From Octopus vulgaris (taxonomy: Eukaryota), in contig OX597816.1 in NCBI GenBank assembly GCA_951406725.2, positions 79,546,001-79,610,000 of the forward strand: a stretch of 64,000 bases of DNA. The letters are read 5' to 3'. Of the stretch, positions 58,001 through 64,000 are shown piece after piece. Positions within the stretch are counted from its first letter, which is position 1. Each line of letters opens with the position of its first letter. The notes beneath the pieces are model-generated. The model had not been told where the DNA came from, did not search any database, and saw only the letters and a program-made list of their open reading frames with translations. The position numbers were made by a program, and so were the translations under genes.

Positions 58001-60479
58001 GATATGTGTCCTCATCTTGTTTGTTGTTACCACATTTCGGTTGATTTTCTCTCCAGCCTTCATCATGTGTCCTGGTGGAATATTATTTAATAGACTAAAT
58101 ATTCATCTTCTGGATATCAGAGGAAGAGGGATCAAGTTATGTTAATGGATGGCCCCCAGGGTTGGGTTCAAAATTCCACCAAAACATGTGATGAAGGCTG
58201 GAGAGTAAATCAGCCAAAACATTGTGGTAACAACAAACAAGATGAGGACACATATCCGTCCAATGTAAATAATGTAAAGCTAAATTAGTTTTCCTACTTC
58301 AGTGCCATAAAATACTTGAGTTCTGATCAGTCGCTAACCCTCAATAAAGGTCTGCTCTGACATGGAGCTACTGTATGCATACAAATATCCTAGACCACAT
58401 CCTAAACGAAGGACATTCAAACTAATTGGCAAAGACTCTCTAACTTTCTATGACCTCTGACTGACATGTTTGTTGTTTCTTCTCTTTGTCCAATACATCT
58501 ATCTCATCTGCTATACTGTCTTAGCTGCCAAGCCCTGCAATCATTACTCCTCACAGCAGCTACCTTCTGGAATCTCCCCTGGCCCACATTTTTTCTATAG
58601 AGGTTGATTTACGGATATTCAGTCTGTATAACAACCAAATCAATTTCATTAGCTTGTTAAGGGCTTGTGAAAGTTATGAGTCCTGCCACACACTTCTAAT
58701 TAAGTGAAAGAATGTAGTCATCTTCATTAAAAGAAAGTAGGCATTTAGGACTGAAGGGAGATAACTCTTGCAGTATTCTAAAAAATGTCTCCCCGTTGCT
58801 GAATAAATCTAAACTTGTCTATGTATAAAGGATGTCGGAATCGTAACCCCATTTCGACAGCCGCCGTTGTTTAACTCCTATTGAGCAGGTCTATGCGCAG
58901 AGGTCATGTTCATTTCGTTTTTGATTCAGGTCCAGTGTATCTAAGATTACATTATCTGCTCTTTTTTTCTTAAGATAGTTGGGTGTGATTTGAAAGTGAG
59001 TTGTCTACTGCCTCTAATTGATCAAGTGATCATGTACCCTGCCAGGGTAGTTTTGGGAAATATTCAGAGATTGTTCATACTTTTATATAGTAGATTTGTA
59101 TTTACTGTGTGGTTTAGTTTCGTCTCTTAGTGGTATATGATTTCCACTTCAAGAAAGTTTTCCTTATCTTTTCAGACTGACCTTATTTGACAGTAGAATT
59201 GATTTGAGTTGGCTTTCATGAGAGGTGACCAAGGATTATGAGATAAGAGTGTGATGGACTCGTCAGTTCATAGGTGGTGAAAGCTGTAGTTCGTGGCTTT
59301 TTAGTCCCCCATCCAATGTTTAGTGTCTGAGCTTCAAATGTCTGTTTTGAATTAATGTAATTATTTTGTTTTATTTTCATGTCATTAGCTGAAACCGAGA
59401 GAAAAAGCTGCCTTTAATTATAATGAGAAGCTAAAGGAGAAGTTTGGTCATCATCCAGAAATAAAGAGAATAGCTCGACATCGACATGTACCAAAATTCA
59501 TCTACAGAGCTCGTAAAGAAATTAAAACTATGAAAGACTCTGAGAAACGAAAGTATGTATCTCTGTTAACAGTTTTTCCATTTATTAATGTGTTTATTTA
59601 ACTAGATATTTTTTAATAAACTAAATATTCAGCTTCTGGATATGAGAAGAAGAGGGGTTAAGTTATATTAATGGATGGCTTTAGTTAACCTCTTTCTGAT
59701 GGGAAGTGGTACTGACTGCATCGAATCAACTATGTATGTGGCTGTGCAATGTCTCACTTTGTGCAGCACTGTGTTTTCAAATATACCACATTAAGAAGAA
59801 TCTGTAAATACACTGTAAAATTCTTTGTATGTAAAATTATGTAGTTACTGAACGGCCTAATACTGATTCACAGCACAGACTGTCAGTTCTTAATCCATCT
59901 GCAAGGGGTTAAAGGTCAAATATTTATTGCTTGACAACCCACTCTACTTGGCTGTAATAGCTGTTGTTTACACCAGGTCAGGAGTGATTGAGTAGACCTA
60001 TGATTAAAAGCATATTGAATAAATTAACAATCAAGTATTGGGTGTGCAGTTTTAATGACTAACTCTTTCCCTCCCTCCCAAGTATCTGAGAACTTCTGCC
60101 TTTGTTAGAAACAATTATTATCATAGCATCAGTGGAATATCAAAAATTTTAGCGTACACCAGTTTCATACTTTTGCTGTTTGAATTCAAATCTCACAGAG
60201 AATGGTTTTCTTCTTTTCACTCCAAAATCATAAACTGTGATCAATTTTAGTAAACCCCTGCTCCTTAAAGATTGGGTCTTTGTGACAATTTATAAAAAAT
60301 ACTTTATTAAATATTCAAATGAAGTTAATGAAAATTATTTACAGAAGAGATCTTGAACATATGATGACTACTTATTATTTTTTTTCGTTTTTTACAGGGA
60401 GAAACATAGGAAGATTCATTCCAAACCAGAAGAAGAAAAATCAACCAGACAAAAAGTGGTTTTGAATGTAAAGAAGTGA
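41672..60479 (+). CDS. DCAF13: DDB1- and CUL4-associated factor 13 (WDSOF1/Sof1, SSU processome WD40 protein), 12 exons, 443 aa
   Basis: join(41672-41744,42164-42363,43506-43613,44958-45044,48561-48716,50976-51053,51652-51734,54152-54219,55613-55709,56815-56950,59389-59552,60398-60479) = 1332 nt, all introns GT-AG. MKIKLLSRNPDDYLRET, HPFEASREYVRALNATKLERTFAKPF, AWNPMEPF, REVYFTKRMQRV, SGSDEMNIRIWKAQASEKLG, HHPEIKRIARHRHVPK. Confidence 0.97.
42164..42363 (+). CDS. DCAF13: DCAF13 exon 2
   Basis: ARNFDPKFHPFEASREYVRALNATKLE...SGAHDGE|gtagg. Confidence 0.95.
43506..43613 (+). CDS. DCAF13: DCAF13 exon 3
   Basis: VKVWNLPTRK...AHTGVVNSLCFHPKGKYFFT|gtaagt. Confidence 0.93.
44958..45044 (+). CDS. 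DCAF13: DCAF13 exon 4
   Basis: CGRDKTIKQWNL...PTNVILGQ|gtatgt. Confidence 0.93.
46900..48260 (-). mobile_element. Old, heavily decayed RTE-like LINE fragment
   Basis: Minus strand near 48030-47940 reads EKFLAKSKILYLTLID..., resembling EKYLAKDKPLYLAFVD of the young family; boundaries approximate. Confidence 0.5.
48561..48716 (+). CDS. DCAF13: DCAF13 exon 5
   Basis: TLFHAIDHHWKDNIFATCGEQVDIWDESR...WGVDSVQSLKFNPVE|gtaa. Confidence 0.94.
50976..51053 (+). CDS. DCAF13: DCAF13 exon 6
   Basis: HHLLGATACDRSIILYDMRGTAPLRK|gtaagg. Confidence 0.94.
51652..51734 (+). CDS. DCAF13: DCAF13 exon 7
   Basis: VLLQLKSNALAWNPMEPFVFTVANEDY(N)|gtaagt. Confidence 0.94.
52142..52465 (-). mobile_element. RTE LINE 3'-tail fragment
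   Basis: (CAT)n, tail and modules. Confidence 0.85.
52560..53690 (+). mobile_element. Decayed RTE-clade LINE 5' part (AP endonuclease)
   Basis: WNVCTLLD...RPERRTALIA.EL, ET, GYTIFW, ESGVGF, YAPT, LGDFNARV, TWMHPRSKHWHLIDYIL, WTDHHLV; frameshifted. Confidence 0.85.
54152..54219 (+). CDS. DCAF13: DCAF13 exon 8
   Basis: LYSFDMRKLSKPTNIHVDHVNA G|gtaagc. Confidence 0.92.
55613..55709 (+). CDS. DCAF13: DCAF13 exon 9
   Basis: (V)IDVDYCPTGREFVSAGWDKCIRIF...GHS(R)|gtgagt. Confidence 0.93.
56186..56677 (+). mobile_element. RTE LINE 3' UTR fragment with modules and (GAT)n tail
   Basis: Matches 15593-16136. Confidence 0.9.
56815..56950 (+). CDS. DCAF13: DCAF13 exon 10
   Basis: EVYFTKRMQRVQQVQWSLDNKYILSGSDEMNIRIWKAQASEKLGP|gtgagt. 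Confidence 0.95.
57139..57453 (+). mobile_element. Older RTE 3'-tail fragment
   Basis: gagtggttggcattaggaagagcatccagcc...gcatggaaagcagac(atg)n. Confidence 0.75.
57980..58277. repeat. ~100-bp inverted repeat pair, each arm carrying a degenerate hammerhead-like motif
   Basis: 57980-58081 is the reverse complement of ~58172-58277; same family as 39400-39500. Confidence 0.8.
59389..59552 (+). CDS. DCAF13: DCAF13 exon 11
   Basis: LKPREKAAFNYNEKLKEKFGHHPEIKRIARHRHVPK...EKR(K)|gtatgt. Confidence 0.95.
60398..60479 (+). CDS. DCAF13: DCAF13 exon 12 (stop)
   Basis: tttacag|G EKHRKIHSKPEEEKSTRQKVVLNVKK TGA. Confidence 0.9.
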
Positions 60480-60779
60480 ATGTAGAGGTGGGTGTAAGAA
60501 GAATGAATGTATAGGTGGGTGAAAAGGAGTGAATGTATAATCTGTCAAAAAGAGTGAAAGTATAGGCTGATGCAAGAGTGTGTGTGTGGTATAGATGGAT
60601 GTAAACATGTGTAACTCATTCAGTTATTGATAAACATACACCTGTTTTTCTGTTACTCATATTTGTTGAGTTTTGTCTTTTTCCATTTTGCATTGTTATA
60701 CAGTCTGCATGCGTTTTCTGCTTTTAAATTATTATTTCTATTTTGCTTCTCAGAGCTCTCAATTTCATTTGCTCTGGTT

Positions 60780-61258
60780 AATTCTGTATGAGTGGACAGC
60801 ATCCTGTCGTCAAAGGTCTCACAGGGTATCTTTCCACAATACATAACACTCAAGTACCAGTCTCAAAATCATCGCTGTCCTCAATAGAGCAGTTTTCTGA
60901 GCATGTTCTAAGTTCTTGTCAATACCAATTTCTCCAACATATTTCTCAAACCTGCTTATTAATGTTCTTAGTGCCTCTACAACTACCGAGATGACAGTTA
61001 CTCTCTTCATTGCCCACATTCATACAATTTCTTTTAGTAGCTTGTACTTTTCAATCTTTTCAGCTTTTTGTCACCCACTCGTGCATCCACTCGTATTGTA
61101 ATATCTGTGATCGTGGTTTCTTTCTTTCTCTTATCCACTACAGCAATGTCTGGTCTCTGAGTATCAATCACTGAGTTACACTGAATTGTGAAATTCCATA
61201 AGATCTTATACTGATTATTCTAGGTTATGCTTTCTGGTTTATGTATGTGCCATTTATT
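60780..61258 (-). mobile_element. R4/Dong-like 3' fragment (RLE domain)
   Basis: Minus strand: YKILWNFTIQC...TQRPDIAVVDK, then QKTALLRTAMILRLVLEC. Confidence 0.75.
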
Positions 61259-61698
61259 ATTATTAGTATTATTATTATTGAATGAGAGATCAGTGCATGC
61301 CATCGAAGTGACACATGCATCACCACCATATGTGTATGACATAGTAATCTGATATCAGGATAAACAGCACATGACCTTGCAGGTGGAGCCCAGTTAGAAT
61401 TTTCTTCATGTTGAGTAGCCCATCCGCTCAAAAGGTCCCTGAATAAAGTTTAAGGATGATGAACAAAACACCTATGTTTCCTGAAGTATATTATTCAAAT
61501 TCCAAAGAATTCCTCTCAACACATGGCTATGATGCTCCCCCCACTTCTGCTTATGATCAGATATGTAAATCGTCAGCCACTAAGGGACATGCTCAACTGG
61601 TTATGGTCAAGCAACTGAAGCAAATCTGTGATATTGAGCAGAATATTTGCTGTAGTCCATCTTTTATACCAAAACGTAACAATGTACATGATAACACT

Positions 61699-62074
61699 TT
61701 TATTACCTCTGCCTTAGTGAAGGCGGAGGTATTGTTTGCAGTTGTGTTTGTTTGATTGTTTGTCTGTGGACAAGATATCTCGAACCACTGGATGGATTCG
61801 GATGAAACTTTCAGGAATGTTTGGCCTTGTGGCTGGCACAAACTGATTAGATTTTGGGATCAATCTGGTATTGGACAAGGATTCTGGATTATTTTTCCTG
61901 TTTTTTTTATTTTTACTTAATTTTTGAGAGCGGTCTGGTTCATTTTTAGTATTCTCATTTGTGAGAACAGTCGTTTTTATTTCAGATATTCTCATTTTAA
62001 AAATCATCTCTGGCTAATCGTTGAGAAGACGCTGGTGTTACCTTGGTGGATGTGTGCACTCTCTAAGTGCACTT
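61699..62074 (+). mobile_element. HINE/DINE-1-like Helentron-associated non-autonomous element
   Basis: 5' subTIR acctctgcc with nearby inverted ggcggaggt, a GTTT/GTCT microsatellite, 3' subTIR ccttggtggatgt and terminal hairpin gtgcact-ctct-aagtgcac, in a T-rich target. Confidence 0.75.
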
Positions 62075-62089
62075 ATTATTATTATTATT

Positions 62090-63030
62090 TGGCAGTGCTC
62101 GCTCGGTCCGTTAGGGCTGCCTGCTGTCACATTTTCTGTACGTATTGGCACTCGAGACACTGCTGCCGAGGTTGGAACAGCTAAGGGGCATCCCTTTCGA
62201 ACTGGGACAAGGAAGGGTAGTGTCGACATACGCGAACGATGTCACCATCATGGTGTTGGATGCCTCCGAAGTGGAGATAGTTGGCACCATCCTAAAAGAA
62301 TATGACTGATTCAGATGCTAAAATTACCGCCGACAAATTGGTGGGTTTGTGGCTGGGCTCCTGGAGAAGCAGGGCGATGCCGTCAGATGCTGGACCGACG
62401 GGTCAGTTAAACTGCTTGGAGTCTGGTTTGGTTCCGACCTAGGTTGATAAGAACTGGGACGAAGTGACAAATAGTCTTACCAATAAATGGGCTGAGAGGA
62501 AGCTATCCTTGAAATGTCGAGCAGAAGTGGCAAATGCTTACATCGCTTCCATTAGCATTTATCGCCTGATCGTTGTGCCTTGTCCCGGTTATTGTGTGAC
62601 CGGGTTGGAGCGTCACTTATTTAAATTCTTGTGGCAGGGACTTGTTCCAATGGTCTGTCAGTCAATTTGTTGCCAGCATCCTCTGAGTGGTGGATTAGGT
62701 ATGCTGTGACTCCTAATGCACAGACACGCTCTTAGGTTACGCCACCTGCAACGATTTCTGGACGGTGTGCGTGTGTGGGCTCTGTTTGTGAGGATCAGCA
62801 CCGAGACTGGGCGCCTGGCACCTAGAATTCATCAAGTGCTCACAGCCCTTCACCAGTTGAGCAATGTGATTGGTAGATGTTCTACTTTAGAAATTTATAG
62901 AGGATTAGTGGTAGGGAAGTGCAACAATGTTCTCGGGGAGATTCTGGGTGTCGACTAGAACGAACTGGCCAGTCTGTTCCAGATGACTTTCCAGTCGGGA
63001 ACTATCATGGATAATTTCCAGATGTTTTTG
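62090..63030 (+). mobile_element. Decayed L1/Tx1-like LINE RT fragment
   Basis: VSTYANDVTIMV (YADD-like), VKLLGVWFGSDL, KWAERKLSLKCRAEVANAYIAS, F.FLW, GGLGM. Confidence 0.75.
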
Positions 63031-63455
63031 GCCTTGCAGTGCTCCCTCTACAATTAGAGATCGGTACCTCTTGATGCAACTGTCTTCATTCACACACATT
63101 ACATGGCCATATCAGCGCAGTCTTCTCTCTTGCACACTACATCTGATGCTATGTATATCTACTTACACTTTGCCATATATGCACAGTGACATTACCCTTT
63201 CAGCAAAGTATACAGCATTGGTGGTGCGGCTCCCTGACACAAATCCAAACTGCATCTTGTCTATGCTAACTCTCTTCCTAATAGAGCCATGACCATTTCT
63301 GCAACTTTCATCACCTGATCCAGCAATTTGATACCCCTGTAATTATTTCTATTTAGGGTAACATTTTTGCCTTTGTAGTGGTTAACTATAATGCTGCAAC
63401 ATCAATCATTGGGTATGACTCCCTTGTGGACAGCCTGATTAACTATACGAGTGAT
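63030..63455 (-). mobile_element. Internally deleted RTE LINE fragment (PHD-RT family)
   Basis: Reverse complement matches 14020-14240 and 15290-15400 of the young LINE. Confidence 0.75.
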
Positions 63456-63458
63456 TTA

Positions 63459-64000
63459 AGGTGGCGAGCCAGCAGAATCGTTCGCATGCCAGGCAAAATG
63501 TCAAGCGGTATTTCATCTGTCTTCAGTTTCTGAGTTTGAATCGCGCCGAGGTCGACTTTGCCTTTTATCCTTTTGGGGGTCAAAAAAATAAGTACTAGTT
63601 AAATGCTGGAATGTAATCGACTAAACCCTTCCACCAAATTTCACGCCCTGTGCCTATAGTTGAAAAGATTTTTATTAAGGCACTGGATTCGCAGAATCAG
63701 AACATTGAGTAAAATTCTCTTAATGCTCTGGGTTTATACCCCACTGCAGTCGGTTCTGTCTCTCGTCCTATCATGCTTGATTAAATGAAGTACCAGTCAA
63801 ATATTGGGATCGAACTCCCACTAAATTTCAGGCTCTGTGTCTGTGTTAGAAATGAGATTTTATAAGTGGTGGATTTCTAGGATTGTTAGATCGCTGGACA
63901 AAATGCATTACATTAGTTTTGGTTCTGTATATTCTAAGTTCAAATCCTATCAAAGTCAACATCGTTTTTTTTTTTTATCCTTCCAGAGTCAATGTAATAC
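63459..64000 (+). mobile_element. Head-to-tail array of MetaSINE-like repeats (at least 3 units of ~190-220 bp)
   Basis: Units start at ~63459, ~63678 and ~63866; each carries a variant of gcagaatcg...aaaatg...gtcgactttgccttt..tcc...aagtac.agt. Confidence 0.7.

Noticed and set aside
41745-60397. Intronic snoRNAs expected in a ribosome-biogenesis host gene
   Set aside because: No well-spaced C/D box pair with a terminal stem was found by eye; TGATGA hits fall mostly in (GAT)n LINE tails.

Overview
AT-rich, repeat-dense eukaryotic genomic DNA. The repeat families and microsatellite load resemble an octopod cephalopod genome, but the species is an inference. Host genes: (1) a tandem cytosolic sulfotransferase (SULT) cluster on +, made of the last exon of an upstream paralog (790-896), decayed relics of a middle paralog (~1241-1850, 7304-7481) and one complete 5-exon gene (10837-23783, 299 aa) with degenerate PAPS-binding motifs; (2) PIGM, with an intronless CDS on - (34845-36107); (3) DCAF13/WDSOF1, 12 exons on + (41672-60479, 443 aa), divergent from PIGM. 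The rest is largely transposon-derived: three copies of an RTE-like LINE with a C4HC3 PHD finger inside the RT domain, many 3'-tail fragments of it, a full-length IR/DR DD34E Tc1 element, R4/Dong-like, BovB-like and Tx1-like LINE relics, non-autonomous Helitrons, a HINE, MITEs and foldbacks (one with TTAGGG repeats), tRNA-derived SINEs, and repeats with hammerhead-ribozyme-like motifs. All splice junctions and alignments were read by eye, without database searches.
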